Under the pieces are notes generated by a model. It was not told where the DNA came from and did no database searches. It was given only the letters and a program-made list of their open reading frames with translations. A DNA stretch of 64,000 nucleotides, from the NCBI GenBank assembly GCA_040954595.2, contig CM082578.2:2896831-2960830 (forward strand), given 5' to 3'. The translations under genes were made by a program, and so were the position numbers. Source of the stretch: Balanoglossus misakiensis (Eukaryota; Animalia; Hemichordata). Within the stretch, counting starts at the first letter, position 1. Each line of letters opens with the position of its first letter. Below, one piece after another: positions 39,716 through 53,625 of the stretch.

Positions 39716-40383
39716 TTAAATGAGATTGTACAATAAGCATGTACATGCTAAGAAAATTTTCATATACATGCATAATCATAAACCTGTACATTGCTGGAAA
39801 AATAGCATGTACATGCTAAAATATTTGCATATAGTCAAGTTGAGATGCTTTTTTTTCTCGATTTCAATTGATTAGAGACAAAACAAAAGCTATATTCTTT
39901 CACACAGAATTCAATTTTGTCATGGTCTATGCTTAAACTTTGTGTGTGTGGACACAAAGCGACTCAAAGGCTAAAATTGAATGTCATGCACTAAATATGT
40001 TCAGCCACTCTTAGCACAGTGGGCCAATGTCCATGAACGTCCTGCACTAACAACAAAGTCTAGCTAAAGCAATGCGCTGCATTTACCTATTTTTAACAGT
40101 CAATTCATCCAAACTGTAGCATCGATAATAGTGTTAGCTCGCCCTTCCAAATGTACAAGTGGAGGATAAACAATTGTTTACTGGGCTGCGACATCGTACC
40201 CCAAGATGTACGCGACGTACAATCCAACCAGTCAACCAGAAAACCGGTATATATGGCGGCTGGAGTTTGCGTATGCGCACACTGTATTTTTGTTTGACCC
40301 GGAAGTAGAGGTCACAGCTCTTATATACAGCCGTGAGGCCTCGAGGATCGATTGACTATGTAAATTATGTACATGCCCCGTAT

Positions 40384-40810
40384 TTACATGCTTGTGGACT
40401 TCTCGCTCTCTTTCTCTTTTGCCTTTTGTTGCTGATCTTGATAAGTACCAATTAGCCATGTCATGAGTTGGGAAACATTGGATCTTTTACTTTTCCCTAA
40501 TGGAGTGGCATCAGATTTAGCTTTTGGGGGGGGGGAGGGGGGGGGGCTGTACGATGGTTTCCTGAGTGTCATCAGAGGAGGACTCTAAAATAAAATGGAG
40601 TCGTGTGCTAGCACTATTTCCGTAGAGCTTATTAAAATCATCATAAAATAAACAAGTTTTAGCTGAGTTGCCACTTTTGTAATTGTGGTCCACGGTTGCT
40701 TTATATTCGTGCTTCAGGGATTCCACTTGTTAGAACAGTGTTCTTGAGTGAAATGGAATCCCTTTTGGCACACTTCATCGGATATCTTGGCCCAGATGGT
40801 TTTATGAGCC
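40384..40810 (-). pseudogene. Myb/SANT-like trihelix protein fragment (Harbinger accessory gene)
   Basis: AHKTIWAKISDEVCQKGFHFTQEHCSNKW..SLKHEYKATVDHNYKSGNSAKTCLFYDDFNKLYG. Frameshifted, and convergent with the Harbinger transposase exons. Confidence 0.7.
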
Positions 40811-41049
40811 TATAGATAAGAAAGAAACAAAACCAAAGGTTAATTTATTTACAACTCAAAGACAAACATTAGTTCAGCAGCACACTGACGCATCCTAAGG
40901 CTTAGCAAAGGAGAAGCATCATATGGTTTTACTAGTATGTAGAGATAGTAATCAGACCATAAGCATGCATGGGCACTGTGAGGGGCTTTGGGAGAGTCTA
41001 ATGTACACACGCTATCATTCAAAAATATCTAAGCACAAGGCGTGGCAAA

Positions 41050-42347
41050 CTCTATTGTCTCTTTATCGACTTCTCTAAGGCCTTCGATCGAGTTAACCAC
41101 TCTCTATTATTACATAAGCTTTCGTCACTGGGCATACATGGTAAACTATTTAATATTCTGCACTCTATGTTTAATGGTATAAAATCTTGTGTGCAGGCTG
41201 GCAATGTACAGTCCCGATATTTTCAATGCCCAGCAGGTGTTAGACAGGGATGCATTCTCGGTCCATAACTTTTCAGTTTCTTTATCGAAGAGCTCAATCA
41301 CATGTTCATGCCATCTGGTCAAATGGGCATCCAGCTAACACAAGACCTGTGTGACCTTTTTGATCTTTTGTATGCAGATGATGTGGTAATATTTGCCGAC
41401 TCAATTAGTGATCTTCAGCGTTTAATTGATATCCTTGCTATATTTTGCGCAAAATGGTATTAACCTTGGCAAAACGAAGAGGAGGTCACCCGTCTCACTA
41501 GTGGCAAAAAGCTCAAAGTAGTTTTGCATTACAAATACTTGGGTCTTCTCCTCTCTTCAAGGAATACTTGGTCGAAAGCTGTGTACACATTAGCTAATCA
41601 AGCCAGTAAGGCTTTGAATATTTTGTCCGCTACTAGACTGAAACTTGATTTTTTGGATTGTAATGTTCACTTCAAGTTATTTGATGCAATGATTGTACCA
41701 ATCTTATCATACGGAGCAGAAATTTGGGGTTTTTATTATTTTGAGGCTTTAGAGAATGTCCAGAGAAGGTGGTGCAGGCAACTGCTGGGAGTTCCTAATC
41801 ATACTACGATAGAAGCAGTGGTGGGAGAATGTGGGCGTCTCCCTATTTATTGTATCACACTAAAACGCTGCATCGCTTTCTGGTTAAAACTCCTCGAAAT
41901 GCCTCCTCACAGAATTCCAAGACAGGCATACCTGATGCTGTGTAATCTAGACAACATGGGAAGGAATACGTGGGCAGCCTCTGTAAAGGATATTTTATTT
42001 TCATTTGGCTTTCGGTTTGCTTGGCTTTCTCAGGAAGTGGGTAATAAGTAGTATTTTCTCCATATTTTTGAAAGTAGAGTCAAAGATGTGCACAAACAAC
42101 GTTGGTATGAAAAGCTTGCCCTCAAACCCAAACTCTGTACGTACAGTCAATTTAAAAGTTTATTAGAGCCTGAAAAATATCTTTACCTCCGCTGTAATCG
42201 TCAAGCCATCCGTATGTATACGTATTTTCGTTGTTCAGTACTCCCTCTGGCAATAGAGGAAGGCAGGAGAAACAACATTCCCCCAGCGACTAGATCCTGC
42301 AAAGTAAGTAACACAAATAGTGTAGAAGACGAATACCACTTTCTTGT
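41050..42347 (+). pseudogene. Non-LTR retrotransposon RT fragment (RTE-X-like)
   Basis: IDFSKAFDRVNH, GVRQGCILG, LLYADDVVI, YKYLG, PILSYGAEIWG, VEDEYHFL. Contains stops and frameshifts, and is cut by the MITE at 42350. Confidence 0.8.
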
Positions 42348-42349
42348 AA

Positions 42350-43120
42350 GGAACCGTTCAGTTTTTACGGCCGGGGGTGGGGGGTGGGGGTCACTTAAAT
42401 TTCAAGTCCAAAGTCCAAAAGGGGGGGCATCTTTTTTTTTGTAAACATTTAGGGGGGGGTCACATACTTTTGCCACCGAACTTTTGCTTTTGAGTCAACA
42501 AAATTGCAGTTTCGCGCCCTTTATTTTACAAAATTTTCTCAAACCAACCCCCTTCATTCTTCGCCACATTTTATTTATTGGCTGGTTTGTCTAATGTACC
42601 AGGGCAGACTACTTGCCACCCCACCCCCACCGATGCTTACTTTGAGTGGAGTGGCAAAAGTAAAATTGGTCTTCCCCAACATTGAGTTATAATTGCTTTA
42701 GAGTTCATTAAAATGCACCTTTGAGCACCGTATTTTACAAAATTTTCTTATGTGGTAGGGGGACACCCCCCTCCCACACCCACGCCGCCACTTTTCTTGT
42801 ACCAATTCTAGCAACTATTGTATTGTCTTGTCATTTTAAATTATTCATATATTTCTTTATTGCAACGATATACTATAATATACTTCAATTACTTTAAGAA
42901 ATTTATAATTGAGGTGTGCTGGGCCTCATTCCCTTTATTGCATACAGTGTACATAGGATCAGGACGGCGAATGTTTTTGGCTTGGGGGTCATATTTTTTG
43001 GCCTGTCAAAGGGGGTTCATCATTTTTTGGTCCTGGGTGAAAGGGGGGGGGGTCGGCCTGATTTTGAAAACCAATGACACACACTTGCCACCCCCCCAGC
43101 CGTAAAAACTGAACGGTCCC
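42350..43120. mobile_element. Harbinger-type MITE, uninterrupted inverted relative of 5346-37547
   Basis: GGAACCGTTCAGTTTTTACGGC and GCCGTAAAAACTGAACGGTCCC, with TAA flanks. Confidence 0.75.
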
Positions 43121-43464
43121 TAATCTGTCCGTTATACAATAATTTAAGTCTTCGACATTTGCCAGTAGAATTATTCTTAGAACCAACTTTCTTCAAATTT
43201 ATCAGGTTTATGCGGTCATCTTGCTCAGATGACCAACTCAGTCTCTGCAATTTTGTATATAGAGCTTTCAAACTTCAAGAAAAAGCCACCATGTATGTAC
43301 ACACTCAGCAATGTAATCTGTTCTGTGTTTCCTTTTTTGTCAGTCACATAATCACTTACAGAATTGTTCGGACAGTCTATCATCTATGTTCATACTCTGT
43401 AGCACTGTATGTACTTTATTTATACCTTCTTTGCATATGGGTCGGAGGCCTGGAAACGCAAATA

Positions 43465-44357
43465 CCGTACTTGCCCGGGTAAGAACCCCTGCTCGGACAA
43501 ACGCCCCCCCCCCCCTGGTTTTAGGGCCCATTTGAAGATCGAGGTCATATCCGGTCTAAAGCCCCCCCCCCCCCCCGGCCGAATATCCATTAAATTCTTG
43601 GAAATTTAATAAAGTGCAATGCAAAAAAGGCGGATTTTCATCCCCAAAGTCACTAAAAGTGAAAAAAAAAATGTATGATGATTTACTTTCGCGCTGATTA
43701 TCGTACCCACCGCGGCCGACTGGCCACGCTGTGTTATATATAGCTGCTCTAGAAAACATGACCACAGACAGGTCCCTCGGGACCATGCCTCGAATTCAAC
43801 GATCACGTAGATGGACGCGCTGCCGCGTATGAGGTCACCGGGGAGCTTTCCAAAGCGGCCGCGTGGAGCTGCTTCACTTCGTCCTCGACGCGAAACACCC
43901 AACATTGGAAGATCCCGACTTGGACTCGGAGAATGAACCACTCAAAAATTCCGGTAGAGAAAGGCATGATTGCCACGATTAAGATAGATGTATTTACGTG
44001 CGTCCGTCCGTCGACGTCTAAGTATTAAATGCATGTGTCAGTGGGATCGACCATTTACCAATGTCCCGGTTAAACGGGATGTTTTGTCTGCGCCCATGGT
44101 GTCCCGATTAAACGGCGGCGACTGTAATATGTTTTCTGTATTTGATTTATGGGTAAAAAAACTTTTTATTATTTAATAAATACATTGTTTGACCGTGAAA
44201 TGTTTGGCCATGTTATTTGCATCATTATTCACCCCTTCCTCATGTCCCTAGGCCCTCATTTGCATAAATGTCGAGGTTGCGTCCGGGCTAAAGCCCCCCC
44301 TGTTTTTTCGCTAATCTATGGGCCCAGCACCCGGGGCTCTTACCCGGGCAAGTACGG
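43465..44357. mobile_element. Tc1/mariner (pogo-like) MITE
   Basis: TIR CCGTACTTGCCCGGGTAAGA and TCTTACCCGGGCAAGTACGG, with TA flanks. Confidence 0.75.
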
Positions 44358-44678
44358 TAAAAGCTTATTTGATATATGATTTTCACACATACTACAATAA
44401 TTCCCTAGACCTCTTAAAGCCCTTCCAGCTGCTAAATTTCCCATATGTTCCGCATTATAAAATTATTGAAATATATTCTCTTTCCTATAATATGGCTACT
44501 ATTAAGCCATATTATTTGCATTTGCATCAGTTTCTCATCTCTTGCTCACACATATCATTACAGCTGTGTACTCTTTTTTATTGATGCTGACTAAATCGAT
44601 GCAGCACTCCTTCAATACATAGCGTATTCAAATTGCAACATACACTCATATTCATGTATCAATAATGTGTTCATGTAA

Positions 44679-47600
44679 TAGTGCGGTATGGTATGTCAAG
44701 AAAAACAGCTCCCGTAGGATTTTTGTGCTAAAATTGATTTTTTTGCTGTTTTGGCTTCTATGGGGACCCAACTACCCGAAAATGATGGGGTGCAATTTTA
44801 AGGGCCCCTCCATCATATTTTTCTGGGGGGGGGTACTTCCGTTTCATGGTATGATGTGTATTCCCGTAGGATTTTTGTGCTAAAATTGATTTTCTTTGCT
44901 GTTTGGCTTCAATGGGGACCCAACTACCTAAAAATCATGGGGTGCAATTTTTAGGGCCCCTCCATCAATTTTTTTTCGGGGGGTCTCTTCTGTGTTGGTC
45001 ACTCAAGGATATTTCTTCACCTATTTACTCTATCATCATGGGAATTTGGGCTACAATTAATTTGTTTTTGTTGTTTTTGCTTTGGAGGGGACCCACCTGG
45101 CCAAAAATAATCGGGTGCAAATTATAGGGCCCCTCCATCATTTTTTATTGGGGGGGACACTTTCATTTTGGCCACTCCGAAGTTGTTTGTCGGCCTATTT
45201 ACTCCCTTCTCATAGAATATTTTGCTAAAAATATTATTTTTCTTTGATGTTTTGGTTTCAATGGGGCTCCACCAGAACTAAAATGATGGGGTTCAAATTT
45301 TTGGAACCTTCCATCATGTCTTTGGGGGGGGGGGGGGGGTAATCATTTCTGTTTTGGCTACCCTGAAGGTACTTGTTCACCTATTTACTATAAGGTTAGT
45401 ATTGTCGTGGTATTTCTTGCAATTTGGTTTGCTCTTTTGGCTTGAATGCAGACTGACTGCCGAAAAGTGATGGTGTGCTAAATGTTGGACCCCTTTACCA
45501 CATATTTTTGGGGAGGGGGGGGGGGGGTTCTATATTTGTTTTCGCCAACCCGTTGTAACAGTTGTTTTTTAATCTTAGATTTTTTCGTTTATTCTAAATT
45601 TAGTATACTAAGGTAATTTAAAACCCCTTTTAATGTAATAAAGTACATAAGGAAGTACCACGGAAGGTGCAATAAACAACCCAAGAAGCATAACGATTCT
45701 TTTCTGATATCTTGGTATTCTCAATCATCATTTTCACAAAAACCAGTTATGTTTGATCTACTCATCGTCAGTGTCGTTATTTTCAAGAACATTTTCCCTT
45801 AATTGGTTTTCAGTCTCCACCATAGCATTTACAGAGGGGAGTACATGGTAAATCATTCTTTGAGCAACTGCAACGTCCCCTACAACCTGCTTTGCAGCCA
45901 CATTTGATAAGCTCTAGTACTGCCTTTGGTGCAGGGAGAGCAAGACATTTTACTGGATAAAACACGCCATTCTCCGATTTCCACCCATTCTTTTCGATTG
46001 GTGGAAGTTCAGGACAATTTGTTGCGTATGATTTATCCCTCATTGTGATGAAGGGGTGGCACCCTTTTCACAGATCACGCAAATCTTGTTTTTATCTGAC
46101 ATATTAATTCTGTAGTTTATTGCAAAATGTCCAAATAGCTATCGATCTGGAACGTAAAACGCGGCTTACGGTGCTAAGAAAATAGCCAATATGTATTTAG
46201 TAATAAAACTGAGATGTAGTTCACAGATTTTCAGTAGTATTGAGCTACAAAATGAGCCAAATTTGATATTGTTAATGTTTACCAAAACAAGTTTTAGAAG
46301 TAAGACATAATTCAAGGGCTTTTTACAGCACTATTACGCTATCGGCATGAAAATTTTGAAAATACTACTTTTAAATAGACAATACTTCAACTGATATGTA
46401 CTTCACAGGCTTTATTTACGACAGTATTTAACTTTGAAATGAGTTCAACTGAATATCGTTTTGATACCCCAAGAAAAAAGTGTTGAACTAAAACATACTT
46501 GAGAGTTTTTGCACAGACTGATATCGGTGAGACTTTTAGTACAATGGTAAATATCTCAGACATTGATTGTGCTACGAAAGAATAAAACACTTTTAACGAA
46601 AAAGTTCACATCTACACAGACTTTCACTAATTGCCCTGGGAAAGAGAAAAAAGAGTAACCCTAATATATTATACTATTTGGTATAGCCTAGTATACTATA
46701 CTTTTGTAAACCATAGAAAACATAAGTGTGGTGATGAGTTGGGTGGCGGTCCAAGGTGAGGGGAGAAGTCCAAACCAGAGAGATATTTGTGGTTGATTTG
46801 TTAGTGTCATAATGCAACTAAGTATATATTTATAAAACTAAGATAGCGCTGTAGTATATGTGACAACTGATATGTTTACCCCATAAACCGTCTAATATTT
46901 GTGATTCCCAAAATGTGGAGAGGCCCTAAAATTTGACCTCCCTCATTTTTGAGCAGTTAGGTCCCCATAGAAGTTAAAAAAGGAAATTGAAAGAAATCCT
47001 TTACAAATACACATGTCACACTATGAAGGTTAGATCAATGAACAAATATCTCCGCGGCTGCTAAAACTAAAGTGACCCCCCCCCCCACCCTGCAAGAAAA
47101 TGTGATGGAGGGGTCCAACAAATTGATTTCCATCATTTTGGGGATGTTTATTCATCATTCAAACCAAAACAGCAAATAAAACAAATAACTATTAGCAAAA
47201 ACTCCTACGAGAATACACGAAATAGGTGAACAAATACCGTTAAGATTGTCGAAATGGAAGTACCCCCCCCCCACAAATGTAATAGAGGGGCCCTAAAATT
47301 TGCATGTGATCTTTTGCGACCAGGTGGGTCCCCATTTAAGTCAAAACAGCAAAAAAAATTCTTTAGCAGAATATTCTACGAAAATGGAGTAGATAGGTGA
47401 ATAAATATCTTCGGGGAGGCCAAAACAGGAGTGACCCCCCCCCGAAAAAATATGTTGGAGGGGCCCTAAAAATTTCACCCCATCATTTTCGGATAGTTGG
47501 GTCCCCATTGAAGCCACAACAGCAAAAAATTCAATTTTAGCACAAAAATCCTACGGGAATACACATCATACCACAAAACGGAAGTACCCCCCCCAGAAAA

Positions 47601-48248
47601 ATATGATGTAGGGGCCCTTAAAATTGCACCCCTTCATTTTCGGGTAGTTGGGTCCCCATAGAAGCCAAAACAGCAAAAAAACAATTTTAGCACAAAAATC
47701 CTACGGGAGCTGTTTTTCTTGACATACCATACCGCACTAGAACAAACAACTTCGGAGTGGCCAAAATGAAAGTGCCCCCCCCCCAATAAAAAATGATGGA
47801 GGGGCCCTATAATTTGCACCCGATTATTTTTGGCCAGGTGGGTCCCCTCCAAAGCAAAAACAACAAAAACAAATTAATTGTAGCCCAAATTCCCATGATG
47901 ATAGAGTAAAAAGGTGAAGAAATATCCTCGAGTGACCAACACAGAAGAGACCCCCCGAAAAAAAATTGATGGAGGGGCCCTAAAAATTGCACCCCATGAT
48001 TTTTAGGTAGTTGGGTCCCCATTGAAGCCAAACAGCAAAAAAAATCAATTTTAGCACAAAAATCCTACGGGAATACACATCATACCACGAAACGGAAGTA
48101 CCCCCCCCCCCCCAGAAAAATATGATGGAGGGGCCCTTAAAATTGCACCCCATCATTTTCGGGTAGTTGGGTCCCCATAGAAGCCAAAACAGCAAAAAAA
48201 TCAATTTTAGCACAAAAATCCTACGGGAATACACATCATACCACACTA
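44679..48248 (-). mobile_element. Non-autonomous Academ-like element with long inverted arms made of ~130-bp subrepeats
   Basis: Ends are TAGTGCGGTATG and CATACCACACTA with a TAA TSD. Arms 44680-45560 and 46900-48248 are inverted. The internal fragment 45810-46043(-), GW...PAPKAVLELIKCGCKAGCRGRCSCSKNDLPCTPLCKC, resembles the C-terminal CXC of Academ transposases. Confidence 0.7.
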
Positions 48249-48379
48249 TAATCCTGTAACTTTGCTTATACATGTATATGAACCAATTTAAGTAGTAAAA
48301 TAAATTCAGGAAAATAATCCAAGAAGTGGCAGCTCTGGCAGCTTCATTACTTCAGTATATCAGTTATATACTTCATTAT

Positions 48380-48695
48380 ATTATACCAGTATATTGATGG
48401 TGTAAATCACGCTATTTGATTGGTCGAGACACGACACGTGACCGTGATATATTAGCCATATATCACAGTCATATATCATAGTCAAAGAAAATGCCTTTTT
48501 AAAATGTTTTATGCAAAGTTTCAATATACTGGCATAATATAAAAGCAATAAAACACCCCAAGCCATGGTAAACCACTCGATTTTGACCAGTTCAACTCCA
48601 TATACGCACTCGCTATCGCTCGTGCGTATATGTCGTGAACTGGTTAAAATCTCGTGGTATACCATGGCTGGGGGTGTTTTATTGCTTAAGTATAT
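48380..48695. repeat. Foldback MITE with a ~150-bp terminal hairpin
   Basis: AAGCAATAAAACACCCC...TATACGCAC pairs with GTGCGTATA...GGGGTGTTTTATTGCTT. Same layout as the element at 7745. Confidence 0.6.
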
Positions 48696-48910
48696 CACAC
48701 TTCATTTAATTACCTCCTACACCATACTAAACTAGTTTAAAGGGCCAGACTCGTCTCCTATGAGGGCGCCCTTGCGTGGGACTCTCTGGCAACGCGACTG
48801 GGGCCTCTCTAGCAACGCGACTGGGTACTCGCGAGCGACACGACTGGGGACTCACTAACGTGACGAGCTCAGAAATCCCATAATTCCGTGCAAATATCAA
48901 ACTCTACAAA

Positions 48911-51900
48911 ATGGCTACCAGTCGACGGAAAGCATCGTATATAAGAAACGGCTGGAAAGAGCAAAAGCTGTTGAACTTTGGAAATCTACCTAATTCTGAA
49001 TTTGCAACGCATTTACTCGAGATGCACCTGAAATTTTGCCAGCGATGTGTATCACACGGTGTTGAGGAGGGAGACGAGTCTCTGCTGTCACTGCACAGTC
49101 TGCAGTGGTTGACGTCGTCGGTCCGGGACAGGGAGACAATGGAGGCAGCAGGAACAGTCGAGTCACAGCCCACAGCAAATAGGTGAGTGTCTGTGGTCGT
49201 TTGTCTGTTCTTTGTAAATTACCGATAAAACTACGTACGCGTAGCAATACACTGGTATAGGTCGAGCAACAGTAGATATATGATTGTATCGGGCGGATTG
49301 TTGGTTGTCCGGTTGCCACGTGAACCTACCCGAACTACAATGTCAATGGTTGGTTGGTTGCAGCTTCAAAAGCGACTGGTAACATTTGTTGAAGCTGCTG
49401 AATTTCCTCACTTTCATGACGTCTGATACAACAAACTCTTTCGGGATATTATTTAACTGGTTACTTGTCTCTGAATTCTATTTCATTGCATATGGTAGCA
49501 GATAATCACACCCCAGACATGATACAACAAACTTTTACAAAGCCAGTTATAACCATGATATTAGGGAACAAATGTTTTATGTCAGTTATAAAATAACATC
49601 ATTTTTTTAGCTCTGCTGTCACTTGTGTCAGCCGAGCTGTAGCAGTAGGTTGATATTATGATAAGTGTCCGTCCGGCGTCCGTCCGGCGTCCGGCCTCCG
49701 TCAACTTTTGGTATTTCAATCTTCTTTAAAAAATCTTGGCATATTTAGCTGAAATTTGGTTGGAATGTGTGTTATGGTGCCCTTAACTGATTTTGTTAAT
49801 TTGGATTTGATGGGGTCATGAATATGCAAATTAGATCTAAAAATAGAAGTTTTGGTAAAAATCTTCTTCTCCACAACTTCATGTACAATGGAGCTGAAAT
49901 TTGGTAGGAATGTGTGTTATGGTGCCCCTACCTGATTTTGTAAATTTGGATTATATGGGGTCATGAACATGCAAATTATATCTAAAAATAGATTTTTTGG
50001 TCAAAAATCTTCTTCTCCATAACTACATGTACGATGGAGCTGAAATTTGGTAGGAATGTGTGTTATGGTGCCCCTACCTGATTTTGTTAATTTGGATATG
50101 ATGGGGTCATAATATGCAAATTAGATCTAAAAATAGAATTTTTGGTAAAAAATCTTCTTCTCCCTAACTACATGTACGATGAAGCTGAAATTTGGTAGGA
50201 ATGTGTGTTATGGTGCCCCTACCTGATTTTGTTATTTGGAATTTTGATGGGGTCATGAATATGCAAATTAGAACCTTGGTGCTTCCTTTTGATGTTGTTC
50301 TTTAGGATTCAATTCTTTCTTTCTTTAGCACAATGAATCAAGTTGAATTTGGATAAATACTTGTGATGTCTATGTTTGGTTTTGTTCAATAGAATACAAT
50401 TGTTATGAATTAAAACCTATGGTATTCATATCATTGCCCAGGTTACACTGTTAAAGTCAGCAGAGCTCTTTTGACCGATAGGTCACTTGTTTTTACTCAT
50501 GTTGCCCTTGAATGTACATTTTAGCTGTCACCAATTAAACGCCAGGATTCAGGTACTTTTATGTAACATAGTGAGATAAAGTGAGTTATAGTTGCACCGT
50601 TGATGTTCAATGGAAGTTGTTCTGTTGGGATAATGTGGTTAGAGCATCAAAGCAAGTTCTTGCTTTGACAAAGTTAACCATGCATGTTCTATCTTACTGT
50701 TTTTTTAGGTCAAACACTTTATTGTTTGAAATCATGAGGATCTGTGTGCATGAATACTTGTTTATAAGATTTTTTCATGTTTTATTTATAAACTTCACTA
50801 TGTTCAGATAGCATAACTTATATTTGAGCATGCTTATAATTTCATGGTTATTTTTTTTAACCTCGAGTTTGTTCAGTTGTCAGGTTTCCCGTTAATAGTA
50901 TTGTGTATTTACAGATGTACATATGGGGATAGTAACAGTCATATTTCTTGATTTTTCACTTGTTTGTGTGTTTATTGCAAATTCTTGTCCTACTTGTAAT
51001 TGCATGCTGAATTACACAATATTTCACTCGTCAACCATGTGTAAACTGCTGTGTAATTATTGTTGACATTCTAGTCCAGACTTTGGTCTACTTGTCAACA
51101 ATAACAACAGCGTAAACAGAGAAAAAAATCTTCAAAAATGACTCTAAGTGGGACTGTTTCATGGTAAATAACAGACCTTTGTAACAATAACTGTGTTAGT
51201 GAAAAATAATAGCACAGATATGTACTACATAACTCTTATTTATGCTCACTTTGTTTTGCTAATTTCAGATTTACAATTTGTACCGCTTTCAAGCTCCACT
51301 CCTTTGCATGGAAAACCAAAGATACAATCTACAAGGTATGTTGAAGAGTATTTTCTTTTAAAATGGTCAAGTGGCAAGTTACTTTTAACTCTAAACCCCT
51401 GCTTCTCTTATTGATGCAGATATGTATGCTCTTTAGTCAAGGGGTCTCCTCACACCAGACAGCTCCAGCCCTGTTCGGCACTCAGAACAAGCATCCAGTT
51501 GTAACTGTTAATGCCTTCCACCACCAAATCTATTATCATATAATCGATCTGTAATAATGTTTTTCATTTATGAATGATAGACGTGACCTTGATTGTGAAT
51601 ATAACAGGGATGAAACACTTAGTGCAAGTGAAGATGATGACGAAGAGTTTGATGACTGTTATAGAATATCAGAGTGAGCACTACCTCTTGATTTTGATAG
51701 ATACAGTTTTGAAATGTTTTTAAAATCCAATACATCATTGTAATTTTTTGCACAGAAGCCGAAATGTGCCCAAAAACTTATACATCTGAAGAGACCTGCA
51801 GTACTCCCATACTCCTTCAATATATAATCAGTACCATGTTACAATGGACCATAAAGCAGATACTTTGTAATTTTGAATTTCAGAAATGACCAGAACATAT

Positions 51901-53625
51901 TGTCAGTCGTCACCTGTAGTCACATCTTGCACATACTCATAATGTACAAATGCCATAAATTATATCATTGAAACATTGATAGTTGTATCAACAAATAGGG
52001 AAGCAGTGAAAATACGATGAATCGTAACTTAGAATGTTCGTGAAGGCAGACCAACCCAAACAACTGTTCTTTAGCCAAATGCAGTAATTATGTTGCTTCT
52101 TGTACCACTTTGTAGGCTATCTGGTTAGGAATACTCCACCATGTCGTTGATGAGCATGAGTGGATTTTCAACAGTGATGGAACCTATGGAAGGTGTGGTC
52201 ATGAACCGATACACGATCATCAGCAGACACCATGGCTGACAAAGGGTTCAGCATCACATTTAGCACTCCGAAAGATTGTTGAGGACAAGCGTCTGTTGAA
52301 GAATTTTCCTTACTTTGTCAACTTTCGGTAAATATACACTTCCCATTTATTCACTGAATGCGACAGAAATGGAAGTATTTATGCTTTACTAAAGATACTT
52401 TTTCCTTTTGAAAGAGGATATAAGTAGTAGAAATGTGTTTATGTTTGTTTGAAGCAATATATGATTCATATCATAAGGGAGAACTTCATGTATAAGCAAT
52501 TGTTATTTATTGGGAAATACTAACTGGTATTTCATTCCATTTCAGACACACTGGTTTCTTGAAGTCTTTTCATAGCCATTTGCTGATGTATGCACCCAAG
52601 CGTCACTCTTATTCGTAAGCTTATTATTTTTAATTTTTTGTTTTTGACAACTCATTTCCTTTATGCTGTTTATTTAAAAAAGAGTGGAGGTGACAGGATG
52701 GTTTGTTGACATTTTGTGAATTTCCAACGAAAGTTATTGAGAGCAGTGTCTTGCTCTTTATGTAAACACAATACTAGTAGATGGTTTACTTAGTTTGGGG
52801 TATTTGTATCAGCCCACTAGCCATTCCTATATACTAATTAATGTATATATACAGTTGCAATACAATGGTGTGACATAAACATTTTGGACAGTTCAACTGC
52901 CAATACATAAGAGATCCTTCTTCCTCCTCATTTCAGGTTTGTAGGCTATAAGGCACGGACACAGTTGGCTGTCATAGATAATAACAAGCATAGTAATCGG
53001 CAGCCAGTGCTTGACATTGATGGACTACCAAAGTAAGTTGGTGCAATCCTTTCATCAGTGTAACTGTGTGTAACACAACAGCTGCAGGGGGTTGTTAGTT
53101 TTGGTCTAAATATCAGATTGAACTGCCGTTAATATGAATTTAAACGATTAGTCACTATGTCAAGTAAAGACACTTGATTAATCACCTGTGTTTCCCACTT
53201 TCTGAGTACCTATACACTTATATATGTTGAAGGAAGTTGAGATCCTATGTGTAGATCTATTGATGTGTGTACTGTGTTTTAAATTTGATTGTTCCTTGCA
53301 GACTTACATGTCTACTGTTCAACAATTAAACTAATATTCAATTGGTTATGTCAGGTTCCATCGAAAGTACTCAAAGAGGACACAGATGTTTTACCCTGTT
53401 CCTGTGTTACAGACAAAGAAGTATGACTACATCCCCATTATGCAGCAGCAGATATTCGAAAAGCGGGTTTTGGTAGAGGGCCATTTGTCACAGCATGTTT
53501 CGCTTTCAGAAAATGATCCTCGTCGTATACATGCCAGGAGGTCAATGATGAATCTTCCAAATCTTGCAAATTTGGTATCATCTCATCAGAGTAGATTTGC
53601 CAAATCTGCAGCTTCAGGAGAATAA
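48911..53625 (+). pseudogene. Kolobok transposase copy 2 (catalytic DD exon deleted)
   Basis: EFATHLLEMHLKFCQRC (compare DFAAHLLETHIRHCTKC at ~6420), ETLSASEDDDE, AIWLGILHHVVDEHEW...CGH, HTGFLKSFH...YAPKR, ARTQLAVIDYNKH, KYSKRT...KKYDYI. Confidence 0.75.
49609..50491 (+). mobile_element. Helentron-associated non-autonomous element (HINE/DINE-like)
   Basis: T-run then AGCTCTGCTG, a (GTCCG) microsatellite, about 3.6 tandem 145-146-bp units (49747, 49892, 50038, 50183), sub-TIR CAGCAGAGCT, 3' hairpin TGACC-GATA-GGTCA, then CTTGTT. Confidence 0.75.

Noticed and set aside
49747-50275. CRISPR-like array (also the 44680-48248 repeats)
   Set aside because: The units are whole tandem repeats without unique spacers, there are no cas genes, and the context is eukaryotic.
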